A stretch of DNA of 64,000 nucleotides from a virus (Duplodnaviria; Caudoviricetes), in the IMG/VR virus record IMGVR_UViG_3300033068_001920, positions 14,929 to 78,928 of that record. One strand, written 5' to 3'. Positions 48,191-58,092 of this stretch are shown here, in pieces. Both the position numbers and the translations under genes were made by a program. The notes under the pieces are model-generated. The model made no database searches. It was not told where the DNA came from and saw only the letters and a list, made by a program, of their open reading frames with translations. The first letter of the stretch is position 1, and each line of letters starts with the position of its first letter.

Positions 48191-50184
48191 TGGAACTGCA
48201 GGGTGCGGTTGTACTGGTCCCCATCGGTCAGGAACGCAAGCGCGTCCTGCTGGACGTTGACCGTCTTGAAGGTCTTCTTCGCGAGCGCGCCACCGTCGGA
48301 CTCCTCCCATCCGGCATCCTTCAGTGCTGAAACCACAGCAGATGTCATGGCGTCGGCCGCGATCACGCGCGCGAGAGCGGCTCCCTCTTCGGTCCACTCC
48401 ACCTGCGTGGTTGAACTGCGTCGTAGCCAGCCTTTTGAAACGCCAGCATTGATCACAGAGTTCACCGACGGATCAGACCACCAGACCGTCATGTCGCGGG
48501 TCTTGCGCATCGCATCCGACACTTCTGCGATGGTTGCGTCTCGACTCAGGTCCGCTATCGGCTGGGCTTGGCGAGGATCGATGGCATTGACGGCAGCGTC
48601 CAAGCGCTTCGCGTTCTCTTCGAACGATGCGTCAGGATTGAACGCGACCGTGACCAGCGGGTTATCCCCGTGACGGGCCTGCATCTCGCCATCGATCAGT
48701 TTTGCCGAAAGTGCCCGGTTCCCTTCCGGGTTGATGTGGTTCACATTGCCGCCGCCGATCGTCTTGCTGACCCAGTAATACTCATCCGGCCCGCCCGCCC
48801 GCTGAAGCGCAGGATTCGCACGGTTCTGCCAGCCGATGTCGATCAGCGCGGCCAGCAACTTGTGCCGATCTGAGTAGGGAGCCTTCTCGGGACCTTCCGC
48901 AGACGCCTTCGCGTCACCAGCGCTGATCGGCTGCCCTTCGGACGCAGGTTCACCGCCCTCCAGAACAGCCGGCGGCGCGGCGCGCTTCGCTTCGACCTGC
49001 TCTTCCAGCGTTGCGATCTCGGTGCCCAGCGCGTCCAGTTCGGCCTGTTTCGCCGCCACGGAGGCCTTGCTGGCTTCAATGCCGCGAACACGCTCGGTGC
49101 GGCGCGTGTTCGCGGCCTGGAACCGGGCGGAGTTGGCTTCGACCAGGCGCATGATCCGGCGCGCGACCTCGCGCGGGTTCAGTTCCTGCCCGCGCTCCGG
49201 CGCGACGACGATCGTCACGTCCTTCTTGTTGAGCATCCACTTCCAGCTGACCATCTCGTCGTCCGGCGTGAGCTTGTTCGGCGTCGCGTCGGGGTTGTGG
49301 AAGTAGGCGGTAACGGTCTGGCCGTCGTCCATTTCGAAGATGGCCGCGACGTTCGTCGTCCCGCGCTGCTTGAACGGGGGCGTGATCTGCAGGACACCGG
49401 GGCGCACTGCCTTGCTGGCGGCGCGCATGATCACCTGCATCTGCCCCATCTTGCGCTCCAGCCGGTTAAGCGGCACGACCAGCGCATCGAGCACGGCCTC
49501 GCCCTCGGATGCCTCCAGAACGTCGGCCTGCGTCACCGCATCCAACAGCAGGTGGTCGCCGGCATCGTCGCGGCGCATCGCGTAGAGCAGCTGCGGCAGC
49601 GTCATGTTGACCGGGTTGGCAGTGGAATCCCAGGTGACATCATTCATGGTCGCGGTTCCATCGTAGGGCAGTTGGTCGGAGGTCAGGGGGATGGCGTGGT
49701 TGCCGAACTTGAGCCACCACTTCAATTGATCGATGGTGCAGGGCACGATACCCATCTCCGTCGGCCCCGGCTTTTCGTAGCTGTTGCGGTAGGCGATCAC
49801 GGCTGAATCCGAGTCCGGGAACGCCATGAGGATCTTGTGCTCGTCGAACCCGCTGCCGTCGGGCTTCGCTTGGTTCACGACGTAGGCCATGCCTGACTCG
49901 GGCCACGGGCCGACGTACACGTCCAGTTCGTCGCCATCGGCGCCGCGGGTCTTTTCGATGTAGCCGTAGTGCGCTTGGCAGATCACCGACCACGGCTTGC
50001 CGTCTTCCTTGCCGGACCGGCGCTGTCCCTGCGGCGTTTCGATCGCGACCCGCAGCCCGTGAATCTCGCACCTGCCTTTTTTGTAGTTGCCGGCGCGGAG
50101 ATTCGCCAGAGACGGCTCCGGGATGTTGTTGATGCCGTAGGCACCGGAGTGAGCCGCGCTCGAAATCTGGGCGAAATTGTCCAT
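48154..50184 (-). CDS. DarA-like virion protein with N-terminal phage PPase-like domain
   Basis: NYKKG...IETP...HYGYI..T.GADGDELDVYVGP...FDEHK; DarA-like DGQTV..YFHNPD.TP...DEMVSWKWMLNKKDVTIVVAPERG. Confidence 0.8.
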   Translation of the reverse strand: MDNFAQISSAAHSGAYGINNIPEPSLANLRAGNYKKGRCEIHGLRVAIETPQGQRRSGKEDGKPWSVICQAHYGYIEKTRGADGDELDVYVGPWPESGMAYVVNQAKPDGSGFDEHKILMAFPDSDSAVIAYRNSYEKPGPTEMGIVPCTIDQLKWWLKFGNHAIPLTSDQLPYDGTATMNDVTWDSTANPVNMTLPQLLYAMRRDDAGDHLLLDAVTQADVLEASEGEAVLDALVVPLNRLERKMGQMQVIMRAASKAVRPGVLQITPPFKQRGTTNVAAIFEMDDGQTVTAYFHNPDATPNKLTPDDEMVSWKWMLNKKDVTIVVAPERGQELNPREVARRIMRLVEANSARFQAANTRRTERVRGIEASKASVAAKQAELDALGTEIATLEEQVEAKRAAPPAVLEGGEPASEGQPISAGDAKASAEGPEKAPYSDRHKLLAALIDIGWQNRANPALQRAGGPDEYYWVSKTIGGGNVNHINPEGNRALSAKLIDGEMQARHGDNPLVTVAFNPDASFEENAKRLDAAVNAIDPRQAQPIADLSRDATIAEVSDAMRKTRDMTVWWSDPSVNSVINAGVSKGWLRRSSTTQVEWTEEGAALARVIAADAMTSAVVSALKDAGWEESDGGALAKKTFKTVNVQQDALAFLTDGDQYNRTLQFQRAATSPPATVR

Positions 50185-50190
50185 TCGCCC

Positions 50191-50234
50191 ACTGTATCGG
50201 CGCGGCGACCGCTGGCGGCCTGTATATTTCCGAT
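50191..50234 (-). promoter_or_regulatory. Candidate late promoter ATCGGAAA-N30-TACAGT (leaderless)
   Basis: -10 ends 7 nt before the ATG of the DarA-like gene. Confidence 0.6.
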
Positions 50235-50353
50235 CCTTAATCGTGGCGATTCGCTAAGATTATCGTTAGCTATTGCTTTTGTCCATGGCATGTGGAATAG
50301 TGGATTCACGCTTAGTCCGCCGCGCGCAATGCGGCCAATCAAGGAGCCTATTT

Positions 50354-50707
50354 ATGGCAGATCACACCCCAGGTCCGTGGCTTCGCGCCGGCCGGACCGT
50401 CTACGCGCTGATGCACGCCGGATGGCGCGAGGGTGCCGAGCAGTTCAAGAACCGGATCACCATCACCGTCCAGTACGACCGCGAATGCACCGAAGCCGAA
50501 GCCGAGGCGTGCGCCTGCCTGGTCGAAGCCTCACCGGATCTGCTGGATTCCAACAAGGCGCTGGTGGCGGCTCTTAATGCCGTGTACGACATCCGGCCAG
50601 AAATGAGCGACTACTACATCTATGACAGCCTGCCGAGTAGTGGCGTCGCCATGGCGTACCTCGCCGCGCGCGCGGCTGTTCGCAAGGCGACCGGCGGTGC
50701 GGGATGA
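50354..50707 (+). CDS. Hypothetical phage protein (HTPGPW family)
   Basis: MADHTPGPW...LVEASPDLL; AAGGAG RBS. Confidence 0.75.
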   Translation: MADHTPGPWLRAGRTVYALMHAGWREGAEQFKNRITITVQYDRECTEAEAEACACLVEASPDLLDSNKALVAALNAVYDIRPEMSDYYIYDSLPSSGVAMAYLAARAAVRKATGGAG

Positions 50708-52310
50708 GCGTCAAAGTCAAGCGTCAACCCGCCCCAGTTGGAGATCGCCCTGGAGTGGGGTCGCAACTTAATTACATGGTTGAATGCGCTCGCTGCCGCC
50801 ACCGTCATTATGAAAAAGATCGGGTAAAAGGGAAGACGGATAAGCAAGGTCTGACCACTCTGATTTGCCCGAAATGCAACGCAACCGCATTCTATTTAAC
50901 CAAGGCCGGGTCTAGGTTGCCGTACGGAGGAAATCCTCAACGCATCTCAACGTATATCGTCGCCGGAGATAGTCAATGAGCATTTCAGACTCCCGCCTGA
51001 TGCGCCCCGGCCTGTCCCACCCGCGCCCAGCGATCGACGATGGCGACTTCTTCCAGATGATCGACGACACCGGCGGGTGGCCGCTGGGATACAACTTCGT
51101 CGGTTTTGAGCATACCACCGAGCGCGCCGCGGGATTCAGTTGCAGCAGCACGAACACCGGCTGGTGGACGACGATTGCCAGCGCCGACGACTACTACCTG
51201 TGGAAGTTGAGCCCGGAAGCGCTGCAGCGCGTCGTGGATGCTGCGATCGGCGCTGTTCGCCTTCCGACCCCGAGAGTCGGGACATTTTCCATCCGCGGCT
51301 GGCGCGGGATTGCCGCGATCAGCAAGGACCATAGAGAAAAAGCATGAGCGCCGTCTATAAGAACCTTGCCAACGGAATCCACGCCATGGCCGATGACACG
51401 CTGGTAATCCGGTTCGACCAGACCGGGACGTTTGCGGCCATGCACGCCGCCGAGCAATGGTGCCGCGAGCATGGCGTTTCCTATGGGCCGAGCGAGCGCG
51501 GAGGCACTATCGGGTTGCTGGTCGGCGACTATGCGATCGCGAAGTGGCGAAACCTGACGCCGAAGGAGCGTTCGGAGTGCCACGGCACCATCACCGGCGA
51601 CGGCCGCGAAGGGCCGCTGGTCCTGCGGATCTCGCGGGCGGCGCTTGCTGAAGGCCGTCCTTGAGCCGCCGCAAATATCCGCCGTGCTATGACCTCGCCC
51701 GCGCGCTGGAGGACACGATCTTCCGCGCTGGAATGTCGGCCTACGCCATCCACGAATCCCGCCCTGACGAAGCCGACGCCCTCATGCGCCAGTGCGACAA
51801 GTTGGAGGCGATCTACACCAGCGAGCGCGGCGAGCACTACTCCGAAACGATCAAGCGAGGACCGCAATGACTATCGAAAAACAAGCGGGTGAGTTGACCA
51901 AGGCCCAGCAGAGCATCAATCACGGCGCCCAGTTCCCCTATGACGGAGGCCATGAGTTCTGGGAAAGCCAGAACCCACGGACCCCGCCACCGGCCACAGA
52001 TTGGGCTCACGCGGCCGCACGCGGAATTTTCGCTGACCTGACCGACCGCAGAGGTTTGAGGAACGTGCTTGCCAGCATCAGTCACGACGTTGTATCGGAG
52101 ATGGTGCAATCGGTCACCGAGATCATCCTCACTGCCGAGCGGACCATGAAGGCGCCCACCGCCGATGGCTTAGAGGTCGTGGACGGTGCCGGCATCATCA
52201 AGGGCAATGAAGACATCGCGTGCGAGCGTGGCGACGCCAAGCCGGACCTGACGACCGACACCTCGGCGGTCTACCCGAAGCCATCTGATCTGCGCGGTGA
52301 GTACCCGTGA
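50704..52310 (+). other. Five coupled small hypothetical ORFs (50704-50979, 50976-51347, 51344-51664, 51661-51870, 51867-52310)
   Basis: Successive 4-nt start/stop overlaps. Confidence 0.65.
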
Positions 52311-52813
52311 GCCCACGCGTCTTGGACCCGTGCTGCGGCAGCCGGATGATGTGGTTCAACCGCGAGCACCCGGATGTCGTGTACGCCGACCGGCGCCACG
52401 AAACCCTGACCGTGGCCGACCGAAGCCACGGCAACCTGGCAGGGTCGCGCACCCTGCAGATCGCACCGCAGTCTCTGGTGGACTTCCGCGCGCTGCCCTA
52501 CGCCGACGGCACGTTCAACCTGGTCGCGTTCGATCCGCCTCATCTGGTGCGCGCTGGTCCGAAGTCGTGGATGGCGGCCAAGTACGGCAAACTCGGCGCC
52601 GACTGGCGCGAGGATCTGCGGGCAGGCTTCTCCGAATGCTTCCGCGTGCTGCACCCCGACGGCGTGCTGGTGTTCAAGTGGAACGAAACGCAGGTGAAGT
52701 TGAGCGAGGTCATGGCACTGACGCCGCATCAACCGCTGTTCGGCAACACTTCCGGCAAGAAGGCCGGGACGCACTGGATGGTATTCATGAAACCGCGAGG
52801 TGATCAGGCATGA
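52307..52813 (+). CDS. Class I SAM-dependent methyltransferase
   Basis: VLDPCCGSRMMWF, FDPPH, KYG.L, FKWNE. Confidence 0.85.
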   Translation: MSPRVLDPCCGSRMMWFNREHPDVVYADRRHETLTVADRSHGNLAGSRTLQIAPQSLVDFRALPYADGTFNLVAFDPPHLVRAGPKSWMAAKYGKLGADWREDLRAGFSECFRVLHPDGVLVFKWNETQVKLSEVMALTPHQPLFGNTSGKKAGTHWMVFMKPRGDQA

Positions 52814-53349
52814 CCGCAACCAACTTCACATCGCGCGTCTTCAACTTCATGCAGACGCATGTCGTCGCGAAGCGCGAGCCTGACTTCATCGTCGGCAAGG
52901 AATCGCCTGACGGCATCTACCTGCTGCGATGGCACCTGACTCCCTGGCGGAACTGGATCGACATGCTGCCGAAGGAGCGCCGCCTGCTGCGCGGGTTCCT
53001 GCGTCTCTGGCCGAACCTCTACCTCCACTGCTTCCTGCGCAGCGACGACGATCGCGCGCTGCACGACCACCCGGCTGCGGCGATCTCATACATACTGCAC
53101 CGCGGCTACGTCGAACACACGATTGCCGCAGGCGGCATCAACCATCGGAGGACGTGCGGCCCCGGCAGCATCCGCTACATGCCGCTCAAGCACACCCACC
53201 GGGTCGAGTTGCACCGTGACGATTCCGGCGCACTGCTGGTCGCGTGGTCGCTGTTCCTGTTCCTGCCCAAGGTCAGGGAGTGGGGCTTCCATCACCCGAC
53301 CCGCGGCTGGATCCACTGGATCGACTGGTACAGGGAATTCGGATCGTGA
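52810..53349 (+). CDS. Cupin-like hypothetical phage protein
   Basis: LHCFLRSDDDRALHDHP...YVEH...H.HRVEL...WGF. Confidence 0.75.
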   Translation: MTATNFTSRVFNFMQTHVVAKREPDFIVGKESPDGIYLLRWHLTPWRNWIDMLPKERRLLRGFLRLWPNLYLHCFLRSDDDRALHDHPAAAISYILHRGYVEHTIAAGGINHRRTCGPGSIRYMPLKHTHRVELHRDDSGALLVAWSLFLFLPKVREWGFHHPTRGWIHWIDWYREFGS

Positions 53350-55819
53350 ACGTCCACATTTACACCGCATCCTGCCAGCCTGCGACCGGTTTCACCGACC
53401 ACCACTTCGACCCGCCGGCGCAGCGCGGATATTCGGCTGGGAAGTTGCTGTGGACAGCTTGCTGTGGTGTCCGCCGGCCAGCCCGCAACTTGGTTGTCCA
53501 GTGCTACTACGACGGCGATCGCATATGGTGCGCGCCTGGCAAGGGTTGTAAATGCCCGAAGTTGGCGCAGATGAAGCGCCGTCGCGAGTTTCGTAACCGT
53601 AGCCGCGGCCAGAAGCGTCGCTGGGCCAACGAAAATACCTCCACCACAACCGGAAAGAAGAAACGATGAGCACTCCACACCCGAACGACCGCCTCTACGC
53701 GCTGGAATGGGCGCTGAGGCAAGCGCGCGAATCCGCCAAGACCGACGAATTGGTTCGCCTCAATGTCCTGCCTGCGCTGCAGCACGACTACGACCAAGCG
53801 CAGCGCGAGGCTCGCAACGGATGAGCGATCGGCCAGCGGACCCATGGCTTACGACTGAGATCGAATCGCTCAGGTCCGCTGCCGGCCGGGATGCCTTGCG
53901 CGTCGCTGCGTCGCTGGGGCGATCACCGCGCGCGGTGCAAGACAAGGCCAGGAGGATCGGCATTCCAGCACCACGCATGCCCCACGCGCGTTACTGGAGC
54001 CCGGAGATAAAGCGCCGAGCGCTTGAACTGCGCAGTTCCGGGAACCCTGTCTCCCATATCAGCGCCAGCACCGGCGTCCCGTTCGGCACCGTTCGCCGAT
54101 GGGTCTATGCTGGCGATTCAACCAACCGCAACACCTCCGGATGACCACTGAAATGACCGAAACAACCGATATTCGCCCCGCGCTGAACATCCTCAACGCG
54201 ATCCTCTGCTCGCCCGATGGCGACATCTGCATCCCGGGGTCCGCGGAAGACAAGCGCCTCACCCGCGAAGCGCTGAACGCGCTTGGCCAAGCAGCTCCGG
54301 AACTGTGGTGCCTGCACATCTTGGGACCGGACGATGTCCACCCGGCGCCGAGCAAGCGGCATGCCGAGATCGCGGCCGAGGGCTTCAACAAGATTTTCGG
54401 CAATGTCGCGGATGAGAGCGAGGTCATGTGCAAGGCGGTCGTCGCGCCGTGGCCGCATAGCCCGGCATCTCACGCCGATTCGGTTCAGGAATTCATCGCG
54501 AACTGGATGATCCCCGCGCTGGCGACGCCGGAGCCGGCCGGATACCAGATCTGCGCATACGATACGTCGAACAGCAGGTGGGGCGGCTGGCGCGATGCCA
54601 GCAAGGCCGAATTCGAGTCGGTCGCGAACCTGCCGAGTTGGAAGACGCGCGCGCTCTTCACATGGGACTGCCTGGCCAAGATGGCGCAACTCGGCGCCGG
54701 CGGCGAGTAAGCGTGGCGGAATCATCCGAATACATCATCACGATCTGCCAAGGGCCGCCGCGCTGCGATCTCGTCGGCGACGCCGCGGATCTCGCCATCA
54801 AGAACGGCTGCCCATTCTGCCAGCGCATTTACGGCGACGGTGAGGGCGGCGAACGAATCGTCGAACCGGGGAACGCATGAACACGCCAACCACTCGCCCG
54901 AAATGCTGGAACCGGCCGCCCGTCGAAAAGGGGCGGACTCGGTTTGTGCTTGACCAGGACACCGGGAAGACGATCCCGATCGAACTCCGGAACGACTGGT
55001 TCGAAGATCGGTGCGTCACTTGGGACGGCACCGGTATCGGCGCGCCGACGCATGAGTATCCGACCGGGACACCGTACCCGATCGCGCATGGCTTCGACTG
55101 CTTCGGGTGCAAGTGGTTCCCAGGCACGATGGAGACCGTAGCCGTAGATCCAGCGCCGATGGCAGTGGATGACTTTCCATGATCGGTAACGTCATCAAGA
55201 TCGGCGACTTGAAGATTCGCCGGCTGGAGAAGCGTGGCTGGCGCGATGAGCGATGTCCGCACAAGAACACGACTTGGGACGCCAATGGCGAAATCGTCAC
55301 CTGCGACGACTGCAAGATGCAGGTCTCGGCATGGTGGCTACTGCACATGTTCACCGCAGAATACGAGCGGGCGCTTGCCGACCTTGAGCACCGCGAGCGG
55401 GCCTTGGCCGATGCGAGGCGGCAGAACTTGCACCTGATCGCGGCCAAGAAGGTCGAAGCGGCCTGGCGATCAAAGGGAATGGTGCCGGCTTGCCCTCATT
55501 GCGACCGTGGCATTCTCCCGGAGGACGGCTTAGGCAGCACGAACGTGAACCGCGCGATCGAACTGGCCCGCCGCCGGCACGACCCCGGGAACAAACCTGG
55601 GCGACCCATTCCAGAGACGTGAGCATGCCGCAACCGCCGAGATGCACCTGCCGTATCTGCGCTGCGCGGCTCAGCGCTGAAGAATCCGAGTTCTATTCCG
55701 ACACCTGCGACGCCTGCGCGCGCGCTTGGTCAGCGCACGTCGATGATTACCGCCATGGCGCCGAGGACTTGGATCTTGACCGGCTGTTCGGGGCCGGTCA
55801 GCCCGTAACGCTCCACTGA
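53346..55819 (+). other. Further small hypothetical ORFs (53346-53669, 54141-54710, 54710-54880, 54877-55182, 55179-55622, 55625-55819), several Cys-rich
   Basis: Mostly coupled ORFs; CxxC pairs. Confidence 0.55.
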
Positions 55820-55822
55820 CGA

Positions 55823-57496
55823 TCAGGCCGACCGCTCGAAAGAGCCGATCGTTACCGCAACTGTGGTGCCCGCGAACTGGTTTTCGAGCACGTCGGACCA
55901 GACCGCATTGAACCCGGGCAACAACGCCTTTCCGCGCGCCGACGCCGGCAGGATCGCGACGATGCGCCCGCCCGCGGCAAGTAGCCGGGACGCGTGCTCC
56001 AGGTGAGCCTGCCAGCGGCCAGCGCTGAACGGCGGATTGAGTACGATGCGATCGAACTTCGGATCCGTCGGCGCCTGCAGGAAGTCGGCGACCGTGACCG
56101 AATGCCCTTTCGCGCGCAGGATCGCCGCGTGGAGTTCGCTGATCTCGATGCAGTGCGTCGAACCACGCGGCATCAGGTCGGCGAGGTTGCCGATTCCCGC
56201 GCTCGGCTCGAGCCACGACATGTCCGGCGCGCTGCCGGCGCTGGCCAGCGCGACCGCATGCGCCGCGACGTTCTCCGGCGTAGGGTAGAACTGGTGGGAC
56301 TGGTGGTCCGGGATCTCGCCGGAGCAGATGATGTCGTCCAGCACTTCGCTGGTGTCGTAGTCGAACTTCCAGTAATCGAGATTGCCGTCCTTCACCCAGA
56401 CGCCGCCGATGGCCTGCAGAATGGCTTCGGCTTGGGCCTCGGCCACCTTGTCGCGCTCGGTGTGGTCAAACCTGAGTGTGCGCGGGATGTTTTCGAACTT
56501 CGGCTCATTCCAACCCGGGTTCTGCCGCCGGCGGTAGCCGGGCTTCATGCCGGACAGCAGCGACAGCACCGCGAACGGGATCGGCTTGCTGAAAACCTTG
56601 TGGTCCTTGACCTTCCGCGGCTTTTTCCGCTCGACGAAATCGTGAGGGATCGTCATCGGGTACAGGTTCGCCAAGATCGCGTTGAGCCGCCCGGCCATCT
56701 CCGGGTGCACCTCAAGATGCGCAGTGCCAACGCCTGCGTAGACGCGGATGCGCAGCGCGCCGCCGTCCACCGAAACCCATTTTCCCGCGCGCGCCTTCGC
56801 GACCCTGATCACGCCTTCGGTGACGCCGTGCCCGGGTTCGTCGCGGCCCATAAACTTCGCGATGACGCAGCGCAAATCGTTGATCACGCCGGCAGTGCCC
56901 CACTCAACGGAACCGTAGGAGGACAGCGCACGATTCAGGATCATTCGCTGCCGGAAGCCCTTGGGGTTATTCGTGACGTGCGTGCGGCTGAGGGACTGAA
57001 AGATGCCGTCCACGCGCTCGCCAAAGAACTGGGCACGCATTGCGATCAGGTTTTCAAGGGTTGCGCGCGCAGTGTCTGCAGTGAACTCCGGAATCGGTTC
57101 GATCTCCCACTCGGTTCGGCTGTACTGCTTGCGTTTGCCCATGGGGTTGCGGATCTGTTCGTACCATTCGGTCTTCCGCTTCTGCGGCATGTAGTCCAGC
57201 ACGTCGGTGAGCTTCAGCGCGCGGTCCCAGAACTCGGCATCCAGTTCCGCAATCGCCGGTTTCAATTCGAAGAGCTCGGCCACGGTGTTCGGCATGCTGT
57301 GCCGGCCTTCCGGCGCATTGGCTTCGACGAAATAGCGCAGCACGCCGCTGCAGCACTCGGAATTGACGGCCGCGGCCATCGCCTCCAGCCGCTGGCGCGT
57401 CGCGCTGTAGTCGGACATCAGGTTGTTGAACAGGTCGAACGGGACCGGGGCGAAAAACTCCTCGGTATTGACCAGCCAGCCTTCAATCGCATCCAT
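55823..57496 (-). CDS. DUF4942-domain protein with C-terminal N6/N4 methyltransferase
   Basis: QFYPTP, WLEPSAGIGNL, IVLNPPF; N-terminal FW...L..T.V...MP. Confidence 0.85.
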   Translation of the reverse strand: MDAIEGWLVNTEEFFAPVPFDLFNNLMSDYSATRQRLEAMAAAVNSECCSGVLRYFVEANAPEGRHSMPNTVAELFELKPAIAELDAEFWDRALKLTDVLDYMPQKRKTEWYEQIRNPMGKRKQYSRTEWEIEPIPEFTADTARATLENLIAMRAQFFGERVDGIFQSLSRTHVTNNPKGFRQRMILNRALSSYGSVEWGTAGVINDLRCVIAKFMGRDEPGHGVTEGVIRVAKARAGKWVSVDGGALRIRVYAGVGTAHLEVHPEMAGRLNAILANLYPMTIPHDFVERKKPRKVKDHKVFSKPIPFAVLSLLSGMKPGYRRRQNPGWNEPKFENIPRTLRFDHTERDKVAEAQAEAILQAIGGVWVKDGNLDYWKFDYDTSEVLDDIICSGEIPDHQSHQFYPTPENVAAHAVALASAGSAPDMSWLEPSAGIGNLADLMPRGSTHCIEISELHAAILRAKGHSVTVADFLQAPTDPKFDRIVLNPPFSAGRWQAHLEHASRLLAAGGRIVAILPASARGKALLPGFNAVWSDVLENQFAGTTVAVTIGSFERSA

Positions 57497-57516
57497 TTCA
57501 TTCCCCTGCTTGTTAT

Positions 57517-57550
57517 TAGCGTTCGCTAAGCATAACGCAAGCGGTTGCTA
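57517..57550. promoter_or_regulatory. Two tandem operator-like palindromes (TAGC-GTTC-GCTA, AAGC-GGTT-GCTA) between divergent genes
   Basis: Seen directly in the intergenic gap. Confidence 0.55.
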
Positions 57551-57579
57551 AGTTGCAACAGGTCTGGCATATTTGCCGA

Positions 57580-58041
57580 ATGAAGATTCAAGCCACGATC
57601 GGCGGGTTCCATGGCGAACCCTGCACCATGATTTCCCTGCTTGACGAGCGCACCGGGGTGATCATCGTTTCCAAGACGATCAAGTACCGCGAGAATCGGT
57701 ACGCGCCTGACTTCGCGCTGGTGTCGAACTTGGATCTTCCGGAGTTGGACATGTCGTTTACGGATGACATCCTTCGCGACAGCATCCGCTCCTATTTCAC
57801 CCGCAAGGCACAGTTGACCCTTGATCTGCTGCCTGAAGTCCGCCGGTACGAGCCGGACAACTGCATCGAGCGCGACACCGTCGATGAAGGTGGCCGCCGG
57901 TACCGGATCTCGCCCGACATCAACAACGGCCAAGTCGCGATCTTGGCCACGATCGCGCTGGTCGAAAGCCAGTCCGCGTTCTCCGCCGCCGTCGATATGG
58001 CCAACGAACTGGCCGACTTCTACCGCGCCGAAACGATCTGA
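57580..58041 (+). CDS. Hypothetical protein
   Basis: Clean ORF ending at a terminator. Confidence 0.7.
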   Translation: MKIQATIGGFHGEPCTMISLLDERTGVIIVSKTIKYRENRYAPDFALVSNLDLPELDMSFTDDILRDSIRSYFTRKAQLTLDLLPEVRRYEPDNCIERDTVDEGGRRYRISPDINNGQVAILATIALVESQSAFSAAVDMANELADFYRAETI

Positions 58042-58071
58042 AAAAAAAAGCCCGGCCGGAGCCGGGCAAAA
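58041..58071. terminator. Bidirectional-type intrinsic terminator
   Basis: A9-GCCCGGC-CGGA-GCCGGGC-AAAA between convergent genes. Confidence 0.8.
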
Positions 58072-58092
58072 CCCACCCCCGTGGATTCGGTG

